Assembly (NCBI GenBank): GCA_965226495.1
Contig: OZ245365.1
Location: 1,216,001 to 1,280,000, forward strand
Reading direction: 5' to 3'
Origin: Candidatus Marinacidobacterales bacterium
GTDB lineage: Bacteria; Acidobacteriota; Vicinamibacteria; Marinacidobacterales; DATDRI01
DNA: 64,000 nt
Shown: positions 19,421 to 28,871 of the stretch, in pieces
Layout: the number at the start of each line of letters is the position of its first letter
Numbering within the stretch: position 1 is the first letter of the stretch
Translations under genes and position numbers: made by a program
Notes under the pieces: model-generated
What the model was told of the DNA's origin: nothing
Databases searched by the model: none
Seen by the model: the letters and a program-made list of their open reading frames with translations, nothing else

Positions 19421-20626
19421 ATGAAAGGGAACGTCAAGCGCCCAGTCACGTCGCTTCTGCTATTGGCGATGTTCTCGAGTCCTGTTCTCGCGCAGAGCTT
19501 CCGGACGGAGGAGTATCAGGCGGCCAGTGAGCAGGGCGTCGACCACCTCTTTCAGCTGGAGCACGATAAGGCCATTCAGTTCTTCTCTGACATAGCCAAG
19601 GAGCGGCCCGATCATCCCGGTCCGCGGCTGGCGGGCGCTGTCGCCGTCTGGCTCCGTGAGCTCTTCGCGCGCCAAGAGCTCGACTTGGACGAGTTCATCT
19701 CTCCCGGATATTTCACGCGCCCCTCAGAGAGAAAAATGCCGGAGGCCGATCGCCAAGCCTTCTTGGACGGCATCGCCAAGAGCCAGGAATTAGCAGCGAA
19801 ATATCTAGCCGAGCATCCCGGAGATCAAGACTCCCGTTACTACCTGGGCGCTTGTGAAGGTGCCCTAGGAGGTTTCGCCCTTACGATTGAGCGCAGCTAC
19901 TTGAGCGCGCTGCGTCACGGCAAGAAGGCGTATCAGATTCAGCGTGAACTGGTGAACGAGGATCCAGAGTTCTGGGATTCTTACATGACGGTCGGCACCT
20001 ATGAGTACGTTTTGGGAAACATTCCGTGGTATCTGAAATGGATCACGACCATCGCCGGATATCAAGGTAGCGCCGAGCGTGGTTTCGAGTATTTGATCAT
20101 GGCTGCCGACAAAGGGATGTTCGTTCACAACGAGGCGCGCGTATTGCTCACCGTCCTCTACGTGAGGGAAAAATCCTACGCCTATGCACTCGAAGTGGTC
20201 GGGCACCTTCGAAAGAAGTATCCGGAGAACTTCTTGCTCCACTTGAACGAGGCGCAACTTCTGGAACGGATGAACGAAAGAGAGCGCGCGATACAAACTT
20301 ACCTCGATGTCGTGCGGCTCGCAGAAGAAGGCAGGAAGAACTATCAGAAGGTGCCGCTGGGAACGTTTCGCTATACCGTGGGAAGCAGGCTGGCCGAGCT
20401 CGGCGCCAAGGAACGGGCGCTCCAGCTCTTCATCGGTGCCACTCGAGACGCCGCGACGCCGGAGCGCGAAAGAGCCTTGTCCCACCTCAGGGCGGGCGAG
20501 CTCCTAGATCTCTTGGGCAAACGCGATGAAGCGATCACGCAGTATGAGGAAGTTCAAGAACTTCCCCAGTACGAGGACTCACACCAGGCTGCGACGAGGC
20601 ACTTGAGAAGCCCTTACGAGCCATAA
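19421..20626 (+). CDS. Secreted TPR-repeat protein
   Basis: Signal peptide and all-helical repeats; function unknown. Confidence 0.7.
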   Translation: MKGNVKRPVTSLLLLAMFSSPVLAQSFRTEEYQAASEQGVDHLFQLEHDKAIQFFSDIAKERPDHPGPRLAGAVAVWLRELFARQELDLDEFISPGYFTRPSERKMPEADRQAFLDGIAKSQELAAKYLAEHPGDQDSRYYLGACEGALGGFALTIERSYLSALRHGKKAYQIQRELVNEDPEFWDSYMTVGTYEYVLGNIPWYLKWITTIAGYQGSAERGFEYLIMAADKGMFVHNEARVLLTVLYVREKSYAYALEVVGHLRKKYPENFLLHLNEAQLLERMNERERAIQTYLDVVRLAEEGRKNYQKVPLGTFRYTVGSRLAELGAKERALQLFIGATRDAATPERERALSHLRAGELLDLLGKRDEAITQYEEVQELPQYEDSHQAATRHLRSPYEP

Positions 20627-20642
20627 TCGAGGAAGCGTCTCG

Positions 20643-21053
20643 CTACAGTAGCAGCGGTATCCCACTTCTCTTGGCCGCTTTCGTAAGGCTGCGATCGAGT
20701 GTCGCCAGCGGCAGACCTTGTCTTTGCGCCAGCTCGAGATAGCACGCGTCGTAAGCACTCACGCCGTGTTCGCGAGCGACGGGCCCGAGTCGTTTCAGAA
20801 TGGCTCGACCGTCGGATTCGATGACGATGGGTAGCGCTAGGATGAGCTCGACTGCCCTTTGGGAGTCGGCGAGGCTGATCCGCCCTCTCCGCTCGGCCAC
20901 GGCCAGCACATTTGCCATCTCTACGGGCCACAACGTTGGTACTAAAGCTTCGTCCGATCTCAATCTCTTGAAGATATTCGTTGCTCGAGCGCTCGTTTTG
21001 TCCTCAAGAAACCAGGCAGCGGACACCGAGCAGTCCAGCACGAAACGGTTCAA
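20643..21053 (-). CDS. vapC: PIN-domain toxin VapC
   Basis: FVLDCS, E.ANVL, SAYDA.YLELA, LATLD. Confidence 0.9.
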   Translation of the reverse strand: MNRFVLDCSVSAAWFLEDKTSARATNIFKRLRSDEALVPTLWPVEMANVLAVAERRGRISLADSQRAVELILALPIVIESDGRAILKRLGPVAREHGVSAYDACYLELAQRQGLPLATLDRSLTKAAKRSGIPLLL

Positions 21054-21295
21054 AACCGCCGTCCTTCTTCGCGCAGCTTGCGCAGGCTCTCCCGACCTTT
21101 CTTGGTGCGGCGCCGGAGTTCTTCCACTTCTTGGATGATGTCTTCCACTCGCTCTCTGTGGGTTTCTTGAACGGGGACGAGCACGGCGACCGGAACACCG
21201 TGTTTCGTGATGGTCACTCGTTCTCCCTGACGCACCAGCTCTAGCAGTTGAGAAAGCTTCGTTTTCGCTTCAAAAGCGCCGATCTCAAGGGCCAT
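21050..21295 (-). CDS. Phd/YefM-family antitoxin
   Basis: IGAFEAKTKLSQLL..V..GE.VTITKHG.PVAVLVP; 4-bp overlap with the toxin. Confidence 0.9.
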   Translation of the reverse strand: MALEIGAFEAKTKLSQLLELVRQGERVTITKHGVPVAVLVPVQETHRERVEDIIQEVEELRRRTKKGRESLRKLREEGRRF

Positions 21296-21320
21296 GGCAA
21301 GTCTCTCAAACCAGTCTAAA

Positions 21321-21330
21321 CAACTAGTTG
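21321..21330. promoter_or_regulatory. Candidate TA autoregulatory operator
   Basis: Perfect palindrome CAACTAGTTG 25 bp upstream of the antitoxin start. Confidence 0.35.
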
Positions 21331-21446
21331 ATTTTAGCAACGTCCAAGGTCGCACGCAACCCCTCGTTCTTGGGAAGAGACGAATTTCCCGCCCCGAATC
21401 CTCCCTCCCAACCAGGTGCCACCCACTTGGTGAACCTTCGGTCGTG

Positions 21447-21488
21447 GAGGATCTCGGTGGCCGAGGGCCGGAGAGAGCAGATCCTCAT
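21447..21488 (-). pseudogene. 5' stub of a BtuF-like cobalamin-binding protein
   Basis: MRICSLRPSATEIL resembles the conserved MRI.SLLPSATEI N-terminus; similarity ends after 14 codons. Confidence 0.45.
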
Positions 21489-21513
21489 TGCGGCTATTCT
21501 ATGTGATTTCAAT

Positions 21514-21543
21514 TTGACAATTGCGCACGCGTCGCCCTAGGAT
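21514..21543 (+). promoter_or_regulatory. Sigma70-like promoter
   Basis: TTGACA-18 bp-TAGGAT upstream of RBS aggagg and the 21582 start. Confidence 0.45.
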
Positions 21544-21581
21544 GCCGGCACTCGTTCTTCAATAAACAAAAGGAGGACCTC

Positions 21582-22373
21582 ATGAAAGGCTTTAAGTTCC
21601 TGGCTTTAGCAGTTGTGTGTCTAGTTGTCACCGCACCCTCTGCGTCATCGCAGCCTCTCAAGTATCTCGAAGTCGTCACGATTAGCGTCAGACCCGGGGC
21701 GGTGCCGCAATTCGAGGACTACGTCAAGAAGATCGTCGAGGCGGCCAACAAGGTTGGGGTAGCGGACACTTGGACTACCTATCAAGTCGAGCTCGGTCTC
21801 CATGGGAATACCTACAGCGTCACGCTCCAATTCGACAAGTGGGCGGAGAGGGACGCTTGGACTCCCTATCCCGAGTACCTTGCAGAGGCATTCGGTGATT
21901 CGGAAGCGGCGAAGATCATGAGAGCCGGAGAAGCTACGATCCAGAGTCTGGACACGATCGTGTTGCAAACCCTCCCCGAGCTTAGCGTCAACCTCGACCG
22001 TGCAGCCGATAAGGCCTTTTACTCGGTTCGGCGAGACCATGTGAAGCCATCAGGGGTAGAGGATTTTCGATTCTTCATCTCGAAATTAAAGGAGGCTGAA
22101 GAACAGGTGGGCGACGGTCTGACTCGGATTCGGCGGAGCACGGCCGTAGGGCCGGTTTGGACGTATTCGACCGCCATAGGGTTCGACAAGTGGTCGGAAC
22201 GTGATTCAACCGGTCCCACTTTCATGGAGATGATGAACAAGACTCACGGTGAGGCCGAGACTGCGAAGCTTCTAGACACAGTGAGGTCCAGCGTCACGGG
22301 CAGTGATATTTTCATCCTAAGGACGCGCCCCGATCTCAGCCGAACGAAGAGCGCTGGGTCGACGACCGACTAG
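21582..22373 (+). CDS. Secreted protein with two internal repeats (NIPSNAP-like barrel, tentative)
   Basis: Signal peptide; duplicated motif V.P..V..F...FDKW.ERD...G.AEAAK. Confidence 0.7.
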   Translation: MKGFKFLALAVVCLVVTAPSASSQPLKYLEVVTISVRPGAVPQFEDYVKKIVEAANKVGVADTWTTYQVELGLHGNTYSVTLQFDKWAERDAWTPYPEYLAEAFGDSEAAKIMRAGEATIQSLDTIVLQTLPELSVNLDRAADKAFYSVRRDHVKPSGVEDFRFFISKLKEAEEQVGDGLTRIRRSTAVGPVWTYSTAIGFDKWSERDSTGPTFMEMMNKTHGEAETAKLLDTVRSSVTGSDIFILRTRPDLSRTKSAGSTTD

Positions 22374-22383
22374 AAGTTCGGGG

Positions 22384-22408
22384 GAGGGAGGAGCCGGTCT
22401 CCTCCCTC
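22384..22408. terminator. Hairpin between convergent genes
   Basis: gagggaggag-ccggt-ctcctccctc. Confidence 0.6.
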
Positions 22409-23835
22409 TACCGCCTAATTGCGCAGCCCGGAGTGACTCCATCCACGAGCTCGGAATCGCGGACCACGAACACTCCCCCCACCAACACGTGCACGAACCC
22501 CTCGGAGTACTGAGCGGGTTCTTCGAACGTCGCTCGATCGATGACGCTTTCGGGGTCGAAGATGGCTAAGTCCGCGTCGGCTCCCACGCGGATCCGCCCC
22601 TTGTTCTTGAACACGGGCACCGAATCTTCCAGGCGCCGCGCCGGCATGAGGCTCATCTTCCGCAGAGCCTCCATAAGCGTCAATATTTTTCTAGTCCTAA
22701 CGTAGCGCCCGAGTATTCGCGCAAACGTGCCGGCACCCCGCGGGTGAGCCCGGCCGTTGACGAAGGGCACACCGTCGCTGGCGATCATGACCAAAGGATG
22801 ACCCACCGCCAAGTCGACCATCTCCTCGGGAATGATATGGCCGATGATCATTCCGCCCCTCTCCCGATAGAGCGCAAAACTCTCCTCGTCCAGCCGTTCG
22901 CCGGTTGCGACCCACTCGATGTCTCCATAATCGGCTTCGACTCTCTTCCGCCAACCGTCATTGAAGATGGCCGATTCGATGGCCGTCGAAACCGCGGTAT
23001 AAGGGTAAACCTCAGTGGTGACATCGACGCCGCGACCTCGAGCTCCCTCGATCATATCGAGCGCGGTCGGCACTTGGCGAAGACCACTGCTCCCAATATG
23101 AACGATATGAACCGAAGCGCCCAGTGAGGCAGCGTTCGCGATCATCTCTTGGACGGCTTCGACACTGCTTCCCGGCTCGACGGCGCCGGCGTGCCGGATG
23201 TGAACGAAGTTGGTCACCCCATGGTTTTGAGCCACCTGGAACATGCGAATGATCTCTCCTCGACTTGCCGCCGGGGTGTACTGGATTCCGTAGCCCACAC
23301 CGAGAGCGCCTTCGTCCAGGCCCCTTTGGATAAGCCTTCCGATCTCGCCGATCTCGTCCGAGGTTGCGGTTCGGTACGAGACGTCCTGACCTTTTTCAGA
23401 GCGGCCAGGTAAGACGTTCGCTCGCGCCTCGCTGTGACTGACGGTCGCGCCGTAATGTAGCAAGGCCTGGCCTGCCCGCGTCTGGTACCATTCCAACACC
23501 GGAAAGGCTCCACCTTCCATCTCTAGAGCGGTAGTGACGCCATCCATTGCTTGGAACCGGTTGCTTTCGATATTTTGCCCGTGGGCGTGCAGGTCGATGA
23601 AGCCGGGCGCCACCACCAATCCCCGAACGTCTACGAACTCTTCGCCTTCGAGTGGTTGAGCGGAAATTGCAGAGATCTTTCCATCACGAAGACCCACGTA
23701 ACGAATCGCGTCGAGCCCTGATTCGGGATCCATCACCCGGCCTCCTGCCAGCACGAGATCGAGTGCGGGGGGTTCCTGAATGGCTTCGGAGACGAAAGCG
23801 AAGGCGAGGAACAGGAGGAAGCAGTATTTCGACAT
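22408..23835 (-). CDS. D-aminoacylase-like amidohydrolase, secreted
   Basis: Signal peptide; PGFIDLHAH, E.YPY.A, ASDG, HPRGAGTF.R, KGRI.VGADAD. Confidence 0.85.
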   Translation of the reverse strand: MSKYCFLLFLAFAFVSEAIQEPPALDLVLAGGRVMDPESGLDAIRYVGLRDGKISAISAQPLEGEEFVDVRGLVVAPGFIDLHAHGQNIESNRFQAMDGVTTALEMEGGAFPVLEWYQTRAGQALLHYGATVSHSEARANVLPGRSEKGQDVSYRTATSDEIGEIGRLIQRGLDEGALGVGYGIQYTPAASRGEIIRMFQVAQNHGVTNFVHIRHAGAVEPGSSVEAVQEMIANAASLGASVHIVHIGSSGLRQVPTALDMIEGARGRGVDVTTEVYPYTAVSTAIESAIFNDGWRKRVEADYGDIEWVATGERLDEESFALYRERGGMIIGHIIPEEMVDLAVGHPLVMIASDGVPFVNGRAHPRGAGTFARILGRYVRTRKILTLMEALRKMSLMPARRLEDSVPVFKNKGRIRVGADADLAIFDPESVIDRATFEEPAQYSEGFVHVLVGGVFVVRDSELVDGVTPGCAIRR

Positions 23836-23840
23836 CACGG

Positions 23841-24944
23841 TTATCCCCAAAAACTCGTCGCGGTATCGACGAGGAGTTTTAGTTTCGATTTCTGGTCTTC
23901 CACCGAGATGCGGTTCCCCACGACAGACGTGGAGAATCCGCATTGAGGTGAGATGGCGAGGCGCCCAGCGGGCACGAATTTGCTGGCCTCGCGAATGCGG
24001 GCTTCGAGATCTTCCTGTTTTTCCAGTGCCGGAAGCTTGGTATTGACGAGACCGAGCACCACCGTCTTGTCGTCGGGTACGTGCCTCAAAGCTGCGAAGG
24101 AACCGGAGCGCTCATCGTCATACTCGAGAAGAAGCCGCTGTGCTTGGATAGAGCCGAAAAGTTGCTTCGCAATGGGCTCATAGTCACCTTCCGACAGCCA
24201 CCGGCTGTTCTGGTTGCCTCTTCAGAGGTGAAACCCGAACGTGACGTCGGCAAAATCCCCTATCACCGCGTTCTCGAGCTCGACGCCTCGAGCGATCCAG
24301 TACTCTAGACCCCCGCCACGCTCCTCATAGAAAGGCCGGGTTCTCGGGTCGAGGAGCTGCGTGTAGTGCGGGGCGTCGAGCTGAATGTAAGTAGCTCCCA
24401 GCCGAACGAGCTCGGCCACCTCTTCCTGCAAGATCTCGACGACATCTCCCAAGAACGCATCGACGTTCGAGTAAACCTTGGCAGAGTGCTCGGACCAAAA
24501 GTTGGTAAAGAGCGTCGGGCTGGGAAGGGTAACCTTCGGGATGCGCGTAGTCCGGCTGCGGAGGTAAGTGAATTCGTCCGCGGAAAGATGGCGGTGGCGT
24601 TTGAGCTTCGACACGACACCGATAGAAGGCGGGCGCTCGACGGACCAATCACCGAGCTTCTGGCTGTGCCATTTACCCCAGAGGAAGACGTCGATATCGT
24701 GCGCGGCGAAACCCTCGACCGCGTCGGTCATCTGGCTTTGAAAGGAAAGTCTTCGCATCTCGCCGTCGGTGACGACGTCCAGTCCTGCCTCTTCTTGCAG
24801 GTCGATTGCGGCGTCCACCGCGTGGTCTTCTATATCTTTGAAGCTCGACGGGCCGATGCGGCCCGCGGCGAGATCCTCACGAGCGCGAAGAAGCTCTGGT
24901 GGGCGAAGGAGACTTCCGATGACGTCGGTGTGTGAAGTGATCAT
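23841..24944 (-). CDS. Single-barrel cobalamin-independent methionine synthase-like (MetE C-terminal family) protein with in-frame TGA, candidate selenoprotein (367 aa, U241)
   Basis: GSLLRP, GLDVVTDGE.RR, YIQLDAP, HL[TGA]RGN, LEYDD.RSG, LGLV.TK, SPQCGF; both ORF halves in one frame; hairpin just 3' of the TGA. Confidence 0.8.
24191..24213 (-). promoter_or_regulatory. Putative bacterial SECIS hairpin
   Basis: mRNA CC(A)G(A)ACAGCC-GGU-GGCUGU-C-GG; G-led loop starts 19 nt after the UGA at 24222-24224. Confidence 0.6.
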
Positions 24945-24963
24945 GCGCCCGCCGGCTGCGGCT

Positions 24964-25713
24964 TCACTTTTTCTGTTTCAATTGACCGGCCACCGCCTCG
25001 GTGGCCCGCTTCACGGCTTCCGGGTCTCCGAGGTAGAAACTTCGGATCGCCGTCAAATCATCTTCTAGCTCGTAAACGAGAGGGATGCCAGTGGGGATGT
25101 TGAGCCCGGCGATTTCCTCATCCGAGACATGGTCTAGATACTTCACCAGCGCGCGAAGGCTGTTGCCGTGCGCGGAAATAATGACTCGCTGACCGGCTCG
25201 CACGCTCGGAGCGATCGTATCGTGCCAGTAGGGGAGAAATCGCTCGACCGTGTCCTTGAGGCACTCCGTCAAGGGAAGCTCATCAGCCGAGAGATCGGCG
25301 TACCGAGGATCTTTGCCCGGGAAGCGCTCGTCGTCAGGAGTTAGCGCCGGCGGCGGCACGTCGTAGCTGCGGCGCCACACATTGGTCTGTTCGATCCCGT
25401 GCTTTTCTGCAGTCTCCGTCTTGTTGAGACCCTGAAGCGCGCCATAGTGACGCTCGTTGAGCCGCCAGCTGCGGTGCACCGGGATCCACATGAGGTCCAT
25501 CTCTTCCAGGGCAAGCCACAACGTTTTGATGGCTCGCTTCTGCAGAGATGTAAAGGCGACATCGAAAACGTAGCCTTCGTTCCGCAAGAGCCGTCCGGCT
25601 TCGATCGCCTCCTGAGTGCCCTTCTCCGTCAATCCGACATCCGTCCAGCCGGTGAAGCGGTTTTCCAAGTTCCATGTGCTTTGACCGTGTCGAATGAGGA
25701 CGAGCTCTTTCAT
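24964..25713 (-). CDS. gpmA: 2,3-BPG-dependent phosphoglycerate mutase
   Basis: [41 protein letters not shown]. Confidence 0.97.
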   Translation of the reverse strand: MKELVLIRHGQSTWNLENRFTGWTDVGLTEKGTQEAIEAGRLLRNEGYVFDVAFTSLQKRAIKTLWLALEEMDLMWIPVHRSWRLNERHYGALQGLNKTETAEKHGIEQTNVWRRSYDVPPPALTPDDERFPGKDPRYADLSADELPLTECLKDTVERFLPYWHDTIAPSVRAGQRVIISAHGNSLRALVKYLDHVSDEEIAGLNIPTGIPLVYELEDDLTAIRSFYLGDPEAVKRATEAVAGQLKQKK

Positions 25714-25758
25714 AGATGCCTAACTTACAATACTCCCGGCGAGGGTGAAAAGGCGACT

Positions 25759-25860
25759 TTTCATAGAGACTACATCGTGATACTACAGGACGGCGCGCGC
25801 CTGAGTTTGAGCCGCAGTTACCGGGAGAAGCTCCAGGCGCTCCTCGGTCAAACTTTCTAA
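25759..25860 (+). pseudogene. C-terminal remnant of a LytTR response regulator
   Basis: FHRDYIVILQDGARLSLSRSYREKLQALLG is a typical LytTR end; no room for the rest of the gene before the gpmA start. Confidence 0.65.
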
Positions 25861-25872
25861 GGAGTAGACGCA

Positions 25873-26322
25873 ATGAAAATTCTAGTCATAACCATAATCC
25901 TAGCGATGGCGTGTATCTTGATGGCGGCCGTCCCGTCGTTTTCGGGTGAAGCTCCGCCGGTTTCTGGGCAAGTCACCTTTCTTTACTACGAGGACCTCGA
26001 GCGCGCGGGAAAGTTCTATGGCGAGACCCTGGGTTTGAAAGTCACGCTCGACCTCGATTGGGTCAAGATGTACGAAACCTCACCCGGCTCTATCGTAGGG
26101 CTGGTCAGTGCTACCGGAGGCGCGCACCGCCCGTCAGAGGATAAGCCGGTGATGGTGAGTCTCGTCGTCGAGGACGCCGACGCTTGGCACGCCTACTTGA
26201 AAAAGCAGGGCGTCGATGTGCCGAATGCGCCCAAGGACAGCACCAAGGTCAACGTGCGCTCCTTTGGATTCAAGGACCCCGAGGGGTACACCCTCGAAGT
26301 CTTCCAGTGGCTCAAGGAGTAG
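25873..26322 (+). CDS. VOC/glyoxalase family protein with signal peptide
   Basis: Y.DL..A.KFY...LGL, F.FKDPEGY.LEV. Confidence 0.85.
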   Translation: MKILVITIILAMACILMAAVPSFSGEAPPVSGQVTFLYYEDLERAGKFYGETLGLKVTLDLDWVKMYETSPGSIVGLVSATGGAHRPSEDKPVMVSLVVEDADAWHAYLKKQGVDVPNAPKDSTKVNVRSFGFKDPEGYTLEVFQWLKE

Positions 26323-26331
26323 ATGCGTTCG

Positions 26332-28764
26332 CTAATACGCTGGCTCGAGATCGCCGTCCTCGGTTCGCTCCCAAGGGGTCCAAGCCAGAGCCAGTCGGCT
26401 GACGGCAATATCGGACTTCCGAGGTCGAATCAGAATCTCTTCCAACTCTAGCGCCGCGGGGTCGGGGAGCTCTCGAAGCGCTTCGACCTCTTCCTCGAAG
26501 GCCTCCTCCAGCTCCTGCAGTTTCATCTGTTGACGCTCGACTTCTTTTTCCGCCCGCGAGATGTCTCCTTTTTCTCGCGCCGCCCGGCCCGCGGAGCGAG
26601 CCGTAGTCGTGGCGCGGCCCACGTTGCCAGTGCTCGTCACCTTGCGGCCGAGGAGAGCTCCAAGAAGCGTCGCGCCGAAAGAGACTGCGGCCTGGTATTT
26701 CCGTTCGGTGTATTGCCCCTTCTCTCTGTCCACGCGTTCTTCGGCCTTCCGGATCCTTTCTTGGAGGCGAGCCAGCTTGGGGGCGTAGCGCTTTCGGAGT
26801 TTCTCGATTTCCTTATCTCTTTTCTCGCGGAGGGCCTGCGATAGTCGCGTTCTAAACGCAGCCTGATCCTCGCCGACCCGCGACATCGTTCGCAGCTCTG
26901 CGCTCTTCCACAAGGTGAGCGTTCGGTTCTGGTAGAAGTAATTGCGAAGGGACGTGCTCCAGCGGATGTAGTTCTTGGTTTGCATGGCGGTGGCAGGTAG
27001 CTTCGCGAAGCGCACACCCTCGACGCCCGTTTTCTGAAGAGAAGGTTGCTGGCCTTTTTGCAGTGCCCCCTGGTCCCAATCCAAATCGGACTTGCTGCTT
27101 GAAAGCGGGAGGAGCGCCGAGAGTGTCTCCCAGTGGTCGATTTTGCTCCGAGCGCTGACGTAATGGAGGCGCGTGGTTGCCCGCAAGGCCGGCCGATAGA
27201 TGAGACGGCTCGCTTCTGCGGTGCCCTCGCGGAGAGGGAGGAACCCCTGGGGGATTTCGCGCGGGACAATGGGACTCTCGGCCCGAACGGTCCCCGGGCG
27301 TTGTTTTCGCGGTTTTGGTTCGCCGGCCAGCTCGGCTTTCTTGCGCCGCGCCATCAGCGCTTCGATCTGAGTCCTGGTTAGAGGTCCCCTCAAGTACGAC
27401 AGTGCCCAGCGCGTCTGAAAAAGAGTGGGCTCGTCTTCGTGCACGTTGTGCATCAGGAACACCCTCTTTCCTAAACCAGCCAAAAGCTGTTCCGTCTTCC
27501 TCCGATCGAATCGTTTGCCACCCGATGCCCCTTCGAGCCCATTGATGACGCGTTCTTTGTCACGCTCCGTCTGAAGCCTTCCGAGGAACCAGGTTCCGAT
27601 GTTCGATAGTCCCTTGTAGTCCAGATCGACGGGGTTCTGGGTCGCAAGAAGCACGCCGAGACCGTACGCTCGCGCCTGCTTGAGAAGGGTGAGCATGGGG
27701 AGCTTGGAGGGTGGAACGGCGGTCGGCGGGAAGTAGCCGAAGATCTCGTCCATATAAAGAATGGCTCGGAGGCTACCCGTCCCAGGGAGGGTCCTCATCC
27801 ATGCGATCACTTCGTTCAGCAGCATGCTTACGAAAAACATACGTTCCGCGTCCGACAAGTGGGCGATCGAAAAGATCGAATGCCGTGGGTGTCCCTCCGA
27901 CGTGTAGAGCAGACGATGTATGTCGAGCGGCTCGCCTTTTCTCCAGACCTCGAAGGCCGGTGAAGCCAGAAGGTTGTTGAGCTGCATCGCGAGCTCGCGC
28001 CGATCTTTCGAGGGGAAGAATGACTCCAGATCCATCACCCCCATTTTTTCGAACGGCGGCTCCTGGATGCTGCGGATGAGGCTCGCGACATCCATGTCAC
28101 GGCCTTGGCGCCACGCTTCTTCGAGGAGCTTCGACAAGAGAATATGCTCGCGGCTGCGGATCGGGTCGGCTTTCGCGCCGGTCAGCCCGAGCAAGCCGAG
28201 CAGGCCCGAGACGGCGGTGAGGATGCGTTCCCGAAGCGCATCGGAATCCTTCACTTGGTCCGCGGGTGGGGCGGTGAAGGAACGGAGCATCGAAAGGGGC
28301 AGGCCCGCCTCGCTGCCGGGAGTGTAGATGGCGAGGTCGACGGAGCCGCGGAATTTCTTGATGCGATTTCGATTTTGCCCCCAGTCCGCTAGGCCGCTCT
28401 GCCATTTCTCGGCCGTCTGCGCGGCGTAGGTATCTGGGTCGACTCCCTTGCGGCTGGCCTCGCTCTCGTCGATCCAGGGCCTGAAGTCGGCAGGTCGAAG
28501 CTTGGGGAAACTGAGTAACAGATTACCCATGTCGCCCTTGGGGTCGATGATGAGGGCGGGGATACCGTCGATCGCGGCTTCTTCGAGGAGCACCACCGAT
28601 AACCCGGTCTTGCCGCTGCCGGTCATGCCCACGATAAGGCCATGGGTCGTTAGGTCCTTGGTGTCATAAAGTAGTGGGAGGAGCGGTTCGTCGCTCGACG
28701 CCTTTTCCTCCACGTCGTAACGGCGACCCAGGTAGAACGCACCCAACTTTTCTAAATCGTTCAC
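26332..28764 (-). CDS. HerA/FtsK-like P-loop ATPase (DUF87-type) with C-terminal coiled coil
   Basis: GMTGSGKT, IIDPKGD, YMDEIFG, LKQARA.G, ATQNP.DLDYK; GTG start with RBS ggagg. Confidence 0.85.
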   Translation of the reverse strand: MNDLEKLGAFYLGRRYDVEEKASSDEPLLPLLYDTKDLTTHGLIVGMTGSGKTGLSVVLLEEAAIDGIPALIIDPKGDMGNLLLSFPKLRPADFRPWIDESEASRKGVDPDTYAAQTAEKWQSGLADWGQNRNRIKKFRGSVDLAIYTPGSEAGLPLSMLRSFTAPPADQVKDSDALRERILTAVSGLLGLLGLTGAKADPIRSREHILLSKLLEEAWRQGRDMDVASLIRSIQEPPFEKMGVMDLESFFPSKDRRELAMQLNNLLASPAFEVWRKGEPLDIHRLLYTSEGHPRHSIFSIAHLSDAERMFFVSMLLNEVIAWMRTLPGTGSLRAILYMDEIFGYFPPTAVPPSKLPMLTLLKQARAYGLGVLLATQNPVDLDYKGLSNIGTWFLGRLQTERDKERVINGLEGASGGKRFDRRKTEQLLAGLGKRVFLMHNVHEDEPTLFQTRWALSYLRGPLTRTQIEALMARRKKAELAGEPKPRKQRPGTVRAESPIVPREIPQGFLPLREGTAEASRLIYRPALRATTRLHYVSARSKIDHWETLSALLPLSSSKSDLDWDQGALQKGQQPSLQKTGVEGVRFAKLPATAMQTKNYIRWSTSLRNYFYQNRTLTLWKSAELRTMSRVGEDQAAFRTRLSQALREKRDKEIEKLRKRYAPKLARLQERIRKAEERVDREKGQYTERKYQAAVSFGATLLGALLGRKVTSTGNVGRATTTARSAGRAAREKGDISRAEKEVERQQMKLQELEEAFEEEVEALRELPDPAALELEEILIRPRKSDIAVSRLALAWTPWERTEDGDLEPAY

Positions 28765-28871
28765 CGATACCTCCGGACGACAGGCAGGTACCATACTCCG
28801 ATCTGCGGCTCGATTTGTAGTGCCTGGTGATGTAGTCTTCCTCTGCAACGGGGGAGGTCCAAACTCCAGTC

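Noticed and set aside
23841-24944. Simple nonsense pseudogene, or TGA reassigned to Trp/Gly
   Set aside because: The stop falls exactly on the Zn-ligand Cys with a downstream hairpin and no other decay, and TGA terminates other genes here. A pseudogene or base-call error is disfavoured but not excluded
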